64,000 nucleotides of DNA from an uncultured delta proteobacterium (GCA_963793865.1 CAWCBP010000001.1:64001-128000), one strand, 5' to 3'. Shown: positions 10,111 through 21,455, counted from the stretch's first letter. Made by a program: numbers and translations. The notes: generated by a model not told the origin, from the sequence alone.

Positions 10111-11799
10111 ATGAATTCATACCGTCATCAGAACGCAGCAGCATACCGGGAAGGCGGACAGACACTGCCGCCCGTATCATCCGAGGCTGACAGGCCGGTC
10201 GAGCCGGCTGCGGCAGCCGACCGGAAGCTGCAAAAACGGATGACCAGAGAGGTTGCCGTTCTCTTTACCGATATCAGGGGGTCTTCCATTTTCTTCAAGA
10301 TCCATGGCGATATCGCGGGCAGGCTGATGATGCAGCGTCACTATGATATGCTCTTCCCGCTGATCGAGGGGCACCAGGGGACGGTGGTAAAGACGGTGGG
10401 GGATTCCATCATGGCAACTTTTTATGACCCCCGCAGCGCGGTTGCCGCCGCCATCGCCATGCAGCGGGAGCTTTTCGAGTATAACGCCCGCCAGTCCGCT
10501 GACGATCCCATACGCATCCGCATCGGCATCAATTTCGGGCAGGGCATCATCGAAGAGAACGACGTGTTCGGCGACGTGGTGAATATGGCCTCCAAGCTTG
10601 TTTCCATGGGGGAATCAGAGCAGATTGTTGTTTCCGAATCCGTGCGCGACGCGCTGGCGGGTCATGCCCGGTTCATTTTTTTCCCTCTCAAGCGGGACAA
10701 CCGCTTTTACGGCAATCTCAGCATTGCCGGATATGCCGTGAGGTGGCATGAAAAGGAACAGGTTGAAGAAAAGGAGATGACCATCCTGTCGCTTGCCATG
10801 ATCGGCAGCGACGACGGGAAACCCGCTGATGCCGCTTCCGACAGGGATCGGGAGGATGTGCCGGACTTTTTCCGCTCCATTGAAAAGGTGGCGCGCGAAA
10901 GGGCCTTTCGGACAACCATGCCTTCCCTCTGGAAGCTGCAGGCCGTCTTTGAGTATGCGGAAACGGCCGTGGATACGGCCATTCAAATTCTCCGCCTGTT
11001 CAGGCTGGAGGGGCAGCCATTCCACATGGGCATTCATACCGGCCGCATTCTGGTTAGTGAGGTCGATATTGTCGGAGGCGAGGAGGCGGACCAGGCCTGC
11101 GAACAAGCGGGACCCGGTGAGATTTACCTTACCCGGGAAACCCACGCCATGCTCAAGGATAACCTGCTGCTGCATTTTCTCCCGCTTCCCGCCAGTTTGC
11201 CGAACGGTCTGGCTCTGCACAAGCTGCTGGTGGAATCACCGCTCAAGAGCGCCGTTAATGAGGCGTACCTGAAGGAATCCGCCCCGGTCCTTGCGGAATG
11301 GTTTGGCGGCGGTTCCGCCGGCAACATCGTTGCCAATCCTTCCGAGGCCCTGTCCCCGCAGGCCGGGCTTCTCAGCAGCAGTCACGCGGTTCTGCTTAAT
11401 CAGCAATGCCATGCGCCGTCGCCGGTGCAGTCAACCCCAGTGCCGGTCCCGGCTCCCGGAGGCGTGCAGCAGCTGGTCACGCGGCTTGCTGCCTTTTTCG
11501 GAAAGACAGAGGAAGGCGGCAGCAGCAAATCCGCATTGTTCAAGATGGCGGTGTTTGCCTCCCGGTGTTTTATTAAATTCTTCGCCTGCTTTTCACTCTG
11601 CACGCTGTCCGTCAGCACCCTGTGCTGTTTCATCCTCATGGGCTATGAGGGTTACGCGCATCCTCCCGCCCTGTTTTCCCGGGAGGTCTTCAGCGACTGC
11701 CTGCGATTCGGCCTTTTTTGCGGCACCCTCTTCGGCGCCGGTGCGACGCTCCACTGGCTCTATAACAATTTTGACCGGCTCCCTGCAAAACGCCAATGA
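10111..11799 (+). CDS. Class III adenylate/guanylate cyclase domain protein with C-terminal transmembrane helices
   Basis: LFTDIRGSS, VVKTVGDSIM, IRIGINFG, DVFGDVVNMASKL; a second degenerate cyclase-like segment (HMGIHTG). Confidence 0.8.
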   Translation: MNSYRHQNAAAYREGGQTLPPVSSEADRPVEPAAAADRKLQKRMTREVAVLFTDIRGSSIFFKIHGDIAGRLMMQRHYDMLFPLIEGHQGTVVKTVGDSIMATFYDPRSAVAAAIAMQRELFEYNARQSADDPIRIRIGINFGQGIIEENDVFGDVVNMASKLVSMGESEQIVVSESVRDALAGHARFIFFPLKRDNRFYGNLSIAGYAVRWHEKEQVEEKEMTILSLAMIGSDDGKPADAASDRDREDVPDFFRSIEKVARERAFRTTMPSLWKLQAVFEYAETAVDTAIQILRLFRLEGQPFHMGIHTGRILVSEVDIVGGEEADQACEQAGPGEIYLTRETHAMLKDNLLLHFLPLPASLPNGLALHKLLVESPLKSAVNEAYLKESAPVLAEWFGGGSAGNIVANPSEALSPQAGLLSSSHAVLLNQQCHAPSPVQSTPVPVPAPGGVQQLVTRLAAFFGKTEEGGSSKSALFKMAVFASRCFIKFFACFSLCTLSVSTLCCFILMGYEGYAHPPALFSREVFSDCLRFGLFCGTLFGAGATLHWLYNNFDRLPAKRQ

Positions 11800-12581
11800 T
11801 GCTTCTGATCCTTGCCTTCATTTTCGGAACGGTGGTGGGAAGTTTTCTTAACGTGTGCGTGTACCGGATTCCCGAGGGGCAGTCCATCGTGGTGCCCGCC
11901 TCCCACTGCCGCGCCTGCAAGAAGCCCATCGCCTTCTACGACAACATCCCGCTCATCAGCTTCCTGGTCCTTAAGGGGAAGTGCCGGCACTGCGGATCTC
12001 CGCTTTCAGTCCAGTACCCGCTGGTAGAGCTCTTAAGCGGTCTCCTGGCCGCGGCATGCGTGCTCAAGTGGGGTGCGGGTTACAACGCCGCGGTGTGGTT
12101 TCTCTTCTGCGCGGCGCTGATCGTGGTGACCTTCATTGACCTTAAACATCAGATCATACCCGATGTCATTTCGCTGCCCGGCATCGCCTGCGGGGTGCTT
12201 CTATCCCTGGTCCTGGACGGGCCCGGCCTCCGGAGTTCCCTCATCGGCGCGGCGCTTGGCGGCGGCAGCCTGTTCCTCATCCGCTGCCTTTATTACGCGG
12301 TGACCAGACAGGAGGGGATGGGCCTGGGGGATGTGAAACTGCTGGCCATGATGGGGGCGTTCCTGGGATGGAAATCAATCCTCTTTATCATCATGGCGGC
12401 ATCCTTCTCCGGCGCCCTGCTGGGCATCGCGGTGATGATCATCAAGAAGAAAGACGGCCGCTATGCCATTCCGTTCGGCCCGTTTCTCTCGCTGGGCGCG
12501 GTATGCTACCTCTTCTGCGGGCAGGAGATGATCTCCTGGTATCTTAACCTGCATCTGCTGGTCCAGGAACATGTCGGTTAG
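11796..12581 (+). CDS. pilD: Prepilin peptidase / N-methyltransferase (A24)
   Basis: GSFLNVCVYRIP, SHCRAC..KCRHC, FIDLKHQIIPD, GMGLGDVKL, IPFGPFL. Confidence 0.95.
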   Translation: MMLLILAFIFGTVVGSFLNVCVYRIPEGQSIVVPASHCRACKKPIAFYDNIPLISFLVLKGKCRHCGSPLSVQYPLVELLSGLLAAACVLKWGAGYNAAVWFLFCAALIVVTFIDLKHQIIPDVISLPGIACGVLLSLVLDGPGLRSSLIGAALGGGSLFLIRCLYYAVTRQEGMGLGDVKLLAMMGAFLGWKSILFIIMAASFSGALLGIAVMIIKKKDGRYAIPFGPFLSLGAVCYLFCGQEMISWYLNLHLLVQEHVG

Positions 12582-12590
12582 GGGGCACCG

Positions 12591-14112
12591 GTGAAACAGG
12601 GATTGGGGCTTCGCACCACCATACTGGTGAACATCGCCCTGGTGATGTTTGTCACCATGCTGCTCATCAGCTTCGTGGTTCTGACCATCGCCAGGAAAAC
12701 CGTTTTCGAACAGAAGGTGCGCACCGGCGAGATTATGCTCGCCTCCCTCCAGCACCTCCTCACGCCTCACTTGGAAACGCGGAACGCGGACCGGGCGCTT
12801 GTGATCGATCTTATAGACCGATACACCCGCAGCACCGGACTGGCGGGCCTGGTGCTTGCCGACACTGAGCTCACCGTGCTTGCGGACAGCGGGGGCGCTG
12901 GAATCGGCGGCAGAAGCGGTGATGAAGACCTCGCGGCCGCCCTGCGATCCGGGGAAACTGTGACGCGGGCGGGATCCCTGCGGGGCAGGGAGTATCTTTT
13001 CATGGCCGCCCCTCTCTACCTGGCGGGCAGTCCCGTCGGGGTGATGAAAATAAGCCTTCCGCTTGCAGACATGGAAAAGAGCATGGCCCTGTTTCAAAAC
13101 CTGGTAATCCTGTTCAGCGTCACCACGGCCGTTGCCTTCGTGATCATCGGCAGCCTGCTGCTGGGAAGGTACGTGGTGAAACCGCTGGAAAACCTGGTTG
13201 AGGCCACTGAGGCGCTCACCGGGGAGTACCTGCCCCAGGGATTGCAGCCGACGGGGCGCAATCAAATCGGCACGCTGGCGGCCTCGCTTTCCGGCATGTC
13301 CGAAAAACTGAGGGAGTACAAGCAGGCGGTTGACCACTACATACAATCGCTCAAGGAGTCCAACCGGGAGCTTCGCCGGGCGCAGGAGGAACTCATCCGC
13401 TCGGAAAAGCTCTCCTCGGTGGGCAGGCTCGCCGCGGGCGTTGCCCATGAGATCGGCAATCCCATCGGCATCATACTCGGCTACCTGGAGATTCTTCGGC
13501 GATCGATGATCCATGCCGATGAAAATGCCGACGCCCTTGCCCGGGTCGAGAGCGAAGTGCTGCGCATAGACCGCATCATACGTGAGCTGCTTTCCTTTGC
13601 CCGTCCCGCCCCGGTGAGCCTGCACCCGGTTGCGGTTAATACGGTTGTTGAAGAGGCCATTGCGCTCATTTCCCATCAGAAGGGGATCCGCAGCATAGCG
13701 GTTGAAAAACAGCTCGACAGGACCCTTCCCCCGGTCATGGCCGACGAATCACAGCTGAAGCAGGTCATGATTAACCTCTTCATCAATGCCATGGACGCGA
13801 TGGAGGGGGGAGGCACGTTGACCATCGCCACCGGGCGGTCAAACGGCCCAGCCGCGGTCCCCGGCAGCGCTGCACCGCGTCCGGAGGTGAGAATTAGCGT
13901 GAGCGACACCGGAACCGGCATCGATGCGGAGTCGCTTAAAAACATTTTTGATCCTTTTTTCACCACCAAGAGCCCGGGCAAGGGAAACGGCCTGGGATTA
14001 TCGGTCTGCATCAGGATCATTGAAGCATTTGCCGGCACCCTGGCGGTGAAAAGCTCTGCCCGGTGCGGGGAGCACCTTTACTGTGTCGCTGCCGGCGGTG
14101 CAGACAACCTGA
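12591..14112 (+). CDS. Membrane HAMP sensor histidine kinase (extreme C-terminus apparently frameshifted)
   Basis: Two TM helices, LAAGVAHEIGNP H-box, NLFINAMDA, DTGTGI, FFTTK, GNGLGL; GSTFTVSLP in another frame ends at 14112. Confidence 0.88.
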
Positions 14113-14155
14113 ATACCTGGATTCTGCGATCCAGCCGCAGAATAACTGCTTACTG

Positions 14156-14216
14156 GTAGGGGCAGGCCCCTGTGCCTGCCCGCTATCACAGGGCAACCAC
14201 AGGGGGTTGCCCCTAC
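14156..14216. repeat. Composite GTAG REP element
   Basis: GTAGGGGCAGGCCCCTGTGCCTGCCC...GGGCAACCAC.GGGGGTTGCCCCTAC; near-identical copy at 30257-30316. Confidence 0.75.
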
Positions 14217-14308
14217 CGGTTCGACTTCGTGATCTCTTGTTTTTTCTTCGTGTGCTTCGTGGTTACAGTTTCGATATTAGGATTTCGAATGTAATTTTGA
14301 GAAAAAAT

Positions 14309-15673
14309 ATGCCTGTACAGAAAATACTTATTATAGATGATGAAGCCAATATGCTGCACATGCTCAGGACCATCCTGAGCAGGGAAGGCTACGACATAGC
14401 CACCGCGGCCAACGGGCGCGAGGGTCTTGAGAAGCTCGAAGCCGCGCGCTTTGATATCGTGCTCTGCGACCTGCGCATGCCCGAGATGGACGGCCTGGCT
14501 TTCCTCGAGGCCCTCGGAGAAGCCGGGAGATCCATGACCATCATCATGATGTCGGCGTACGGAACGGTCGACATTGCCATCGAGGCGGTGAAGCGCGGCG
14601 CCTACGACTACATCGCCAAGCCGTTCAAGGCGGATGAGATCATCCTTACCCTCAGGAAGGCCGAGGAGCGGGAGCGGCTCAGGGAGGAGAACACCCTCCT
14701 CAGGAAGGAGGTAAACCGGACATTCGGCCTTGAACAGATTGTGACCAAAAGCGGAAAAATGCTGGCCATCTTCCAAACCATCCGCAAGATTGCCGATTAC
14801 GACACCTCGGTGCTGATTACCGGGGAGAGCGGTACCGGAAAGGAAATGATCGCCAAGGCCATTCATTACAGCAGCAGGCGGAACAGCAAGCCCTTCATTG
14901 CCGTCAATTGCGGGGCCATTCCTGAAAACCTGCTGGAGAGCGAACTGTTCGGCTACAGCAAGGGCGCCTTTACCGACGCCTGCCGCCATAAGAAGGGCCT
15001 CTTTGAAGAGGCGCACGGCGGGACCATGCTGCTTGACGAAATCGGCGAGCTTCCGCTGGCGCTGCAGGTGAAGCTGCTGCGGGTGCTCCAGGAAGGCGAG
15101 GTGAGGAGAATCGGGGATGCCAGGCAGATCAGGATCGACGCCAGGATACTGGCGGCAACTTCCCGTGACCTGGTGCAGGAGGTGAGAAAGGGAGCTTTCC
15201 GGGAAGACCTGTTTTACCGGCTCAATGTCATACGCATCGATCTGCCGCCCCTGCGGGAGCGGCGGGAAGACATCGAGCTGCTGGTCAACCACTTCATCAG
15301 CCGCTACAACACAAAGCACCGCCTCAAGGTCGAGGGCGTGTCACCGGCAGCGCTGGGGATGCTGCTGGAATATGACTGGCCGGGAAATGTGCGGGAGCTG
15401 GAAAACGCCCTGGAGCGGTGCGTGATTCTGTCCGAGAAGGGGCGGATTGAAAAGGAGGTCCTGCCCCCCGAGATTCAGATTGCCGCGGGCGGCAGCAATC
15501 CTGAAGAACCGGGCAGGGAATATTCCCTGAAGAAGATGTCCCGGATTATGGAGGAACAGCTGATTCGAAAGGCCCTCGGTAAAACCCGGGGGAACCGCAC
15601 CCACGCCGCCCGGCTGCTGGAGATCAGCCATCCCGCTCTGCTGAGCAAAATGAAGGGATTCGGCATCCAGTGA
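14309..15673 (+). CDS. Sigma-54-dependent response regulator (NtrC family)
   Basis: Receiver domain, GESGTGKE, ESELFGYSKGAFTDA, WPGNVRELEN, C-terminal Fis-type HTH. Confidence 0.93.
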   Translation: MPVQKILIIDDEANMLHMLRTILSREGYDIATAANGREGLEKLEAARFDIVLCDLRMPEMDGLAFLEALGEAGRSMTIIMMSAYGTVDIAIEAVKRGAYDYIAKPFKADEIILTLRKAEERERLREENTLLRKEVNRTFGLEQIVTKSGKMLAIFQTIRKIADYDTSVLITGESGTGKEMIAKAIHYSSRRNSKPFIAVNCGAIPENLLESELFGYSKGAFTDACRHKKGLFEEAHGGTMLLDEIGELPLALQVKLLRVLQEGEVRRIGDARQIRIDARILAATSRDLVQEVRKGAFREDLFYRLNVIRIDLPPLRERREDIELLVNHFISRYNTKHRLKVEGVSPAALGMLLEYDWPGNVRELENALERCVILSEKGRIEKEVLPPEIQIAAGGSNPEEPGREYSLKKMSRIMEEQLIRKALGKTRGNRTHAARLLEISHPALLSKMKGFGIQ

Positions 15674-15685
15674 AGGCGGGGCATC

Positions 15686-16555
15686 TCACTTCTCCCCGGA
15701 GCGCTTGTCCTGCACCTTGTCCATGAATGCCGCCGTGATAACGGTGACACCCTCTTTCTTTGCTTCCGCGACCACCCCTGCGATGACCCGGTTTAAGAAT
15801 ATGCGAGGGACCTTGACAATCTTCGCGCAGGCTTCCTGCTCCCATCTGATGTCGGGATCAAAGCGGTCGCAGGCATACCGCACCGCCTCGATGGGATTTC
15901 CCTTGCCTTCGGGGATGGGCACCGCGAAGGGACGCCTGTGTTTGGCAAACCAGAAGCGTACATTGTCCCGGTAGCCATAGTCGATGGGGAGGGTGGGCAG
16001 TCCCTTGCCCCTGAACAGACGGTCCCTCCATTTCTTTTTCATGATGATCCGGTCAATGCGCAGCAGAAAGTAGTAGGTCTCAAACTCGTTGTGCTGCAGC
16101 GGGTAGCTTTCGTCCCAGGTACAGAGAAAGACCTGGATCGCTTCCTCCACGATCTCCGGGTACGACGCCTGCCCGGCGCGCGCCGGCGGAGCGCCGTAGC
16201 TGCCTGACGGAAGCAGGGTGAAGATGCTGTGCTTCATTTTTTCTTCGCTGGTCTCACCGGGGAAGCCGAGCATGACGCAGTTCTTCAGGTACTTCTTTTT
16301 GTCAGGTATGAAATTGATGGCGCAGACTTTGGTCCTGACGATATTGCGGGCAGTGTTGCTGGTTGCCCGGCAAATAAGCATCATGGCGTGATCGCCCTGC
16401 TTGGTGACAATATGGGGAAAGCAGAGGGAGTAGGGGCCGAGGTTGGTCTTCCCCGACTCGGCGAAAGTGCTCATGAGCACCACCGGCATGGGAAAGAAGC
16501 TGGAGGTCTGGTAGAAATTGTCCAGGATGCGCACATCAAGAAATTGTTCCGGCAT
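15686..16555 (-). CDS. Flavin reductase-like domain protein with C-terminal PCP_red-like domain
   Basis: PMPVVLMST, NLGPYS, SNTARNI..CAINF; C-terminal WEQEACAKIVKVPRIFLNRV..AKKEGVTVIT. Confidence 0.65.
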   Translation of the reverse strand: MPEQFLDVRILDNFYQTSSFFPMPVVLMSTFAESGKTNLGPYSLCFPHIVTKQGDHAMMLICRATSNTARNIVRTKVCAINFIPDKKKYLKNCVMLGFPGETSEEKMKHSIFTLLPSGSYGAPPARAGQASYPEIVEEAIQVFLCTWDESYPLQHNEFETYYFLLRIDRIIMKKKWRDRLFRGKGLPTLPIDYGYRDNVRFWFAKHRRPFAVPIPEGKGNPIEAVRYACDRFDPDIRWEQEACAKIVKVPRIFLNRVIAGVVAEAKKEGVTVITAAFMDKVQDKRSGEK

Positions 16556-16675
16556 AGGCACCGCTCCATTTTAGATGAAACCACGAAGATCACGAAGAGA
16601 GAAGCACGAAGCACACGAAGAAAAAATTTTTTATTGGATCCTGCGATCAAGTCGCAGGATGACAACCATAACACA

Positions 16676-17227
16676 TTAAGGGGTGACCTGTAATATCTGG
16701 TTGAAAATCCCTTCGGCGATATTCAGGTATCGCGCCCGTTCGACCACGATCTTTATGGCCTTCATGTTGTGCTGGATTTTTTCTATGCCCAGATTTTTTA
16801 AATCCTCCCGTCCGGCCAGATCAACAATGCCCTCAGCTTCACGATAGCTGTCTCCCGCGTCGGGATTAATGATGGAAGCGGTTCCCCAGAGCTGCAGTCC
16901 CTTCACCGACTGGAAGCCCGAGTACGCGCCATAAAGGCTGACCGACACCCTGGGATTTTCCCTGATGTTTTTTATCTTCATGCCGCCCTCGGCAAGAATA
17001 TACAGGGTGAGCCCCCGGCTCCGGTAACGCACCGGCGTCGACCGGGGTATGTCATTGGAGCAGGTTGCAAGGGTGCAGATGACGTTCTCCTCCAGGAAGG
17101 TGATGATGGCCTTCTTCAATTCGTCCGGAGACAGTAGCTTTTTGTTTATCTTGAGCTTTTGAACGAAATTCTTTTCAAGCATCTCGTCATATTCCTTCTC
17201 CACCGCTTCCATCTCTTTGCTGTCCAT
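16676..17227 (-). CDS. Pyridoxamine 5'-phosphate oxidase-like FMN-binding protein
   Basis: CTLATC..PRSTPV, KIKNIRENPRVSV, GLQLWGTA. Confidence 0.8.
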   Translation of the reverse strand: MDSKEMEAVEKEYDEMLEKNFVQKLKINKKLLSPDELKKAIITFLEENVICTLATCSNDIPRSTPVRYRSRGLTLYILAEGGMKIKNIRENPRVSVSLYGAYSGFQSVKGLQLWGTASIINPDAGDSYREAEGIVDLAGREDLKNLGIEKIQHNMKAIKIVVERARYLNIAEGIFNQILQVTP

Positions 17228-17272
17228 GTGCTCTCTCCTGCTCCGCGAAGTTGTTCGTATAGGTTTTTGCCG

Positions 17273-17556
17273 GTAGGAGCGACCTTTGGTCGCGAATCGC
17301 ACCTGAAGGTGCTCCTACCGCTGCTATGATATGTAACAGAATGACGCTATCCTGCAGGAGCGGCCTCCGGCCGCGAAATGATAAGCCTATACCATGCCCA
17401 GTCCTGAAGGGCAAAGAAAATCTAAAAGGAGCTATTCTCTCGATGACCCATTTTGCTTGATTCTGCCAGAGAACAGTACTATAAAAATGCGTATGCAGTA
17501 AATGGGTAGGAGCGGCCTCGGGCCGCGAAAGAAATCGCAGCTGAAGGTGCTCCTAC
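17273..17556. repeat. Cluster of GTAGGAGC...GCTCCTAC REP-like elements
   Basis: Copies at 17273-17318 and 17506-17556; related copies at 5077-5129 and 46269-46318. Confidence 0.7.
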
Positions 17557-17599
17557 CGGGGTGGGAACATAGTATCTCGCAGAGAAAGGAAATTCGACA

Positions 17600-19875
17600 A
17601 TGGCCAAGAAAGACGGGCGCTACAGTGTCATAGGCAAACGGCAGCCGAGGCTGGACGGGGTTTTAAAGGCGACGGGCCGGTCACAGTTCACCGACGATGT
17701 TGTGCTGCCGGGCATGCTCCACGGCAAAATCGTGCGCAGTCCCATCGCGCGGGGGAACATACTCAACATTGATACGTCCCGTGCCGAGAAGCTGCCCGGT
17801 GTCAAGGCGGTCATAACCCACCTGGATGCCGGCGGTATGATGCTCGGTGCGGACCAGGGGGTGTTCTGCTCGGAGCGGGTGAACTATCGTGGTGATGAGA
17901 TCGCCGCGGTTGCCGCAGTCGATGAAGACACCGCGTTCGAGGCGGCTGAGTTGATAAGGGTGGAATATGAGCCGCTCCCCCCGATTTTGACGGTCAGTGA
18001 GGCCGCGGCTGCAGGGGCTCCGGTGCTGCATGCCCATATGGACAGCAATTACGCCGATGATATCAGCATGAATTTCGGTGACGCCCTGAAGGCATTTGAC
18101 GAATCCGATCATACCCGGGTTGATGAGTATACCATTCATCCTGCCCACAGCTCTTTTTCCGAACACCACACCGTGCTGGCCGACTTTTCACTGCCGGACC
18201 GGCTCACCGTCTGGACGCCCATTCAGGCCTCGATTCACATCCAGATGAACATGGCCTTCCGGTTCAACCTGCCTCAGAGCAGCATACGGCTCATGAATCT
18301 CAACACCGGAGGTGCCTTCTGCGGCAGGGGCGCGGATAAGCCCCATCATTACATCGCGGCGCTGCTTTCGAAGAAGGCGGGGAAGCCGGTCAGGATACGC
18401 TGTACTGCGGAAGAGGAGTTCATTGTCTTCCACGGCGGGGGCACCTATAATTTCCGCCTCACCACCGGGGTGAAGAAAGACGGCACCCTCAAGGCGATTG
18501 AAGCCGAGCTGATGCTTGACTGCGGGGCCTATGCCGGGTCGCAGTTTATCGTGCTTCGCTTCATCGGCTTTGCCCTGCAGATGCTCTACAAGCTTGAGGC
18601 AAGCAGGTTCAGGGGGCGCCTGGTGTACACCAACAACACCCCCTACTTTTTCCACCACGGCACCGGTATGGTGGCGCTGCGATTCGCCTTCGGGTCCCAG
18701 CTTGACCGCATTGCCCGGGATCTCAACATTGACCCGGTAGAACTGAGGCTTAAAAATGCGGTGGACAAGGGGTACACCACGCCCAGCGGGATCCACTATG
18801 CCAGCTGCGGTCTGAAGGAATCCATCCTCAAAGCCTCCCGCAAGGCGGGATGGAAGAAGAAATATGGAAAGCTCCCTCCCTACCGCGGGATCGGTATCGG
18901 CTGCGGAATGATACGGGCCGGAGGCAAGGGCATGCTCGATCATGACACCTCCTCCGCCTTTATAAAAGTTGAGGAGGACGGAAAGGCCTCGCTCTTTACC
19001 GGGCTGCCGGACATGGGCCAGGGATCGCATACGGCGATGGCCATGATCGCGGCCGAGGTGCTGGGCATTATGCCGGAGGACATCAGGGTGATAGCGGGGG
19101 ATACCGATGTTGCGCCCTTTGACATGGGGGCCATATCCCAGCGAGGCACCTTTACCACCGGGAACGCGGTCATTGCCGCCTGCCTCGATGCAAAAAAACA
19201 GATCGCGCAAACCGCCGCCGCCAAGCTTGGTGTCAAGCCTGCATCCCTGCTCTTCAGGGAGCGGACCGTCTATCCCAAGGGAGCACCGGAAAAGGCCGTC
19301 TCGTTTGAAACTGCGGTGTACGAGACCCTTCACTCCGGGGAGGGCCGCTACATCATGGGGAGGGGTTTTTACAACCCGCCCGCCGAGGAAGTGGATCCGG
19401 AGACCTTTAAGGGAAACTCAGCGCTGGCCTATTCCTTCGGAGCGCAGATAGCCGAGGTGGAGGTGGATCCCGAGACCGGTTCGGTCAAGCTGCTCAACAT
19501 GACTGCCGCCCACGATGTGGGCCGCGCCATAAACCCCCTGGCGGTGGAAGGGCAGATGGACGGGCAGGTTTTCAGCGGCATGGGACAGGCGCTTTTTGAA
19601 GAATGCATCCTGGAAGAGGGGAGCATTCTCAATCCCTCGCCGATCGATTACAGGCTGCCCGGCCTTTCGAGCTGCCTGAGGTGGAGCGGATCATTGTGGA
19701 GGACAACGACCCGTACGGGCCGTTTGGCGCGAAGGAGGTGGGGCAGGGACCCATCCAGTGCACGACGCAGGCAATTGCCAACGCGGTGAGCAATGCCATC
19801 GGCTGTCCCGTCAACGAAATGCCCATCACCCCGGAGCGGGTATTAAAAGCGCTGCGTCAGCAGAAACAGCAGTAA
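17600..19875 (+). CDS. Xanthine dehydrogenase-family molybdopterin-binding subunit (HcrA/CoxL-like; apparent frameshift near 19660)
   Basis: KATGRSQFTDD, GGAFCGR, DMGQGSHT, AHDVGRAINP..EGQMDG; GPFGAKEVGQ..ANAVSNA..MPITPERV continues in ORF 19603-19875. Confidence 0.88.
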
Positions 19876-19951
19876 ACGGTTTTTGTGTGTTCGCAGCCGG
19901 TATGGCAGGACAGGGCGGCAAGCCATAATTTTTTCGGAAAAGGAAGCGGAT

Positions 19952-21274
19952 ATGAACAATGTGTTCGATCTTATCGTCATCGGTGCCGGTCCGACCGGTC
20001 TCATGGCGGCAAAGGTGGCCGGTGAAAACGGTTTGAGGGTCGCGCTGATTGATAAAAAGCAGGCGATACCGGAGGTGAAGCGGGCCTGCGGGGAAGTCAT
20101 CAATGTGAATGAGTATAGCTGGGGCGACTTCATCAATTTCAATGCACGCGACGGGCTGTTGAATTTCCCGGTCAACGGCATCAGTGTCAGGTATAGAGGT
20201 CCTTACAGAAATATCTATGGCATGCAGACCTACTCGCCGGGCGGCGAATCAATCATCATGGGTGACTGCCGGGAAGGCCGGAAGCAGGGCGACCGTGCGC
20301 GCAGGGGCATTGCCGTTGATAAAGGGGAGCTCCTGCGGGGTCTGCTGGAGGATGTGGAGAAATACAGGGTAACGGTCATAACCGGGTCGTACATTCATGA
20401 GTTTGAGAAGAAAGGAGAAACGGTGGTGGTGGGTGACGGCAGGAATAGCTACGAATCCACCTTCGTGATAGCCGCTGACGGTTTGAATTCGAAGATGGCG
20501 CAGCGCCTGGGGTTCAATAAAGAGAGGCAATTCCGGGGGACCCTGCGCTGCATGTTCTCATATGTGACGGACGCTGAACCTCCGGTTCCTGACGCTCTCC
20601 TTCACATCATGGGAGGGAGAGAAGGACCCGCGCTGCTGGGAATGTGCTGCACCCACCGTGAGGGAGAATACTGGATTGCGGTTGACGATTTCAGCCATAA
20701 GACCGATCTCAAGGCAGGCTTTGAACGCATCATGCAGAGGCCGGCCTTTGCGCCGTGGTTCAGGAAGATGAAAACAATACGGATGGCTGCCTGCGTGGGT
20801 AACCTCTACTCGCCCATCGCGGAACCTTTCAGGGACAATGTCCTGCTGGCGGGTGACGCGGCATTTTCTCCCCAAATCAGCATTAACGGCGGCATCATAT
20901 GCGGGTGGAAGGCGGCCAACGCGGTGGTGCTGGCCCTGCTCGAAGGCCGGAGAAACGAAGAGGGAGTGCGAGGCTATCTCAACTGGTGGAAAAAAGAGAT
21001 CATTGACCGGCATTCCCTTGCCGGCGGCAATTTTATGGATAGCCTCGATGACAGTGAAGCCGATTATCTCTTCAGCCTTTTCAAAAGGGCGCTTCCGGCC
21101 ACGCTTGATCCCTTCACGGCCGGGAAACATATGCAGGAAGAGATGGCTGCCATTATGCCGGTACTCATGGCTGAGCGCCCGGCAATTCTCCAGAAGCTGC
21201 AGGCCTTCCAGGCACAAACCGCTGATGAGCTGTATGCCGAGCGGCGTAAATTGGGCTGCCCCAATCGCGAGTAA
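19952..21274 (+). CDS. FAD-dependent oxidoreductase (geranylgeranyl reductase-like)
   Basis: DLIVIGAGPTG, IAADGLNS, LAGDAA; SD AAGGA. Confidence 0.82.
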   Translation: MNNVFDLIVIGAGPTGLMAAKVAGENGLRVALIDKKQAIPEVKRACGEVINVNEYSWGDFINFNARDGLLNFPVNGISVRYRGPYRNIYGMQTYSPGGESIIMGDCREGRKQGDRARRGIAVDKGELLRGLLEDVEKYRVTVITGSYIHEFEKKGETVVVGDGRNSYESTFVIAADGLNSKMAQRLGFNKERQFRGTLRCMFSYVTDAEPPVPDALLHIMGGREGPALLGMCCTHREGEYWIAVDDFSHKTDLKAGFERIMQRPAFAPWFRKMKTIRMAACVGNLYSPIAEPFRDNVLLAGDAAFSPQISINGGIICGWKAANAVVLALLEGRRNEEGVRGYLNWWKKEIIDRHSLAGGNFMDSLDDSEADYLFSLFKRALPATLDPFTAGKHMQEEMAAIMPVLMAERPAILQKLQAFQAQTADELYAERRKLGCPNRE

Positions 21275-21455
21275 ATGAACAGCGCGATGAAAAGAGTTTG
21301 TGAGCTATGCCGGCTGCAATAATCAAGAGCGACGCTACGGGCTGAAAAATATACCTGGCCGGGATGTATCCGGTGCGGTGGTTCTAGCGCACACTGCCCG
21401 GCAGCCGCTCATCCGGTTTCGGTATGTATGCACCGGTGCGGAAGGAGATGCGCTG

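Noticed and set aside
12375..19333. Long antisense ORFs (12375-13676, 14213-15319, 18188-19333)
   Set aside because: Shadow frames of well-supported GC-rich genes on the opposite strand.
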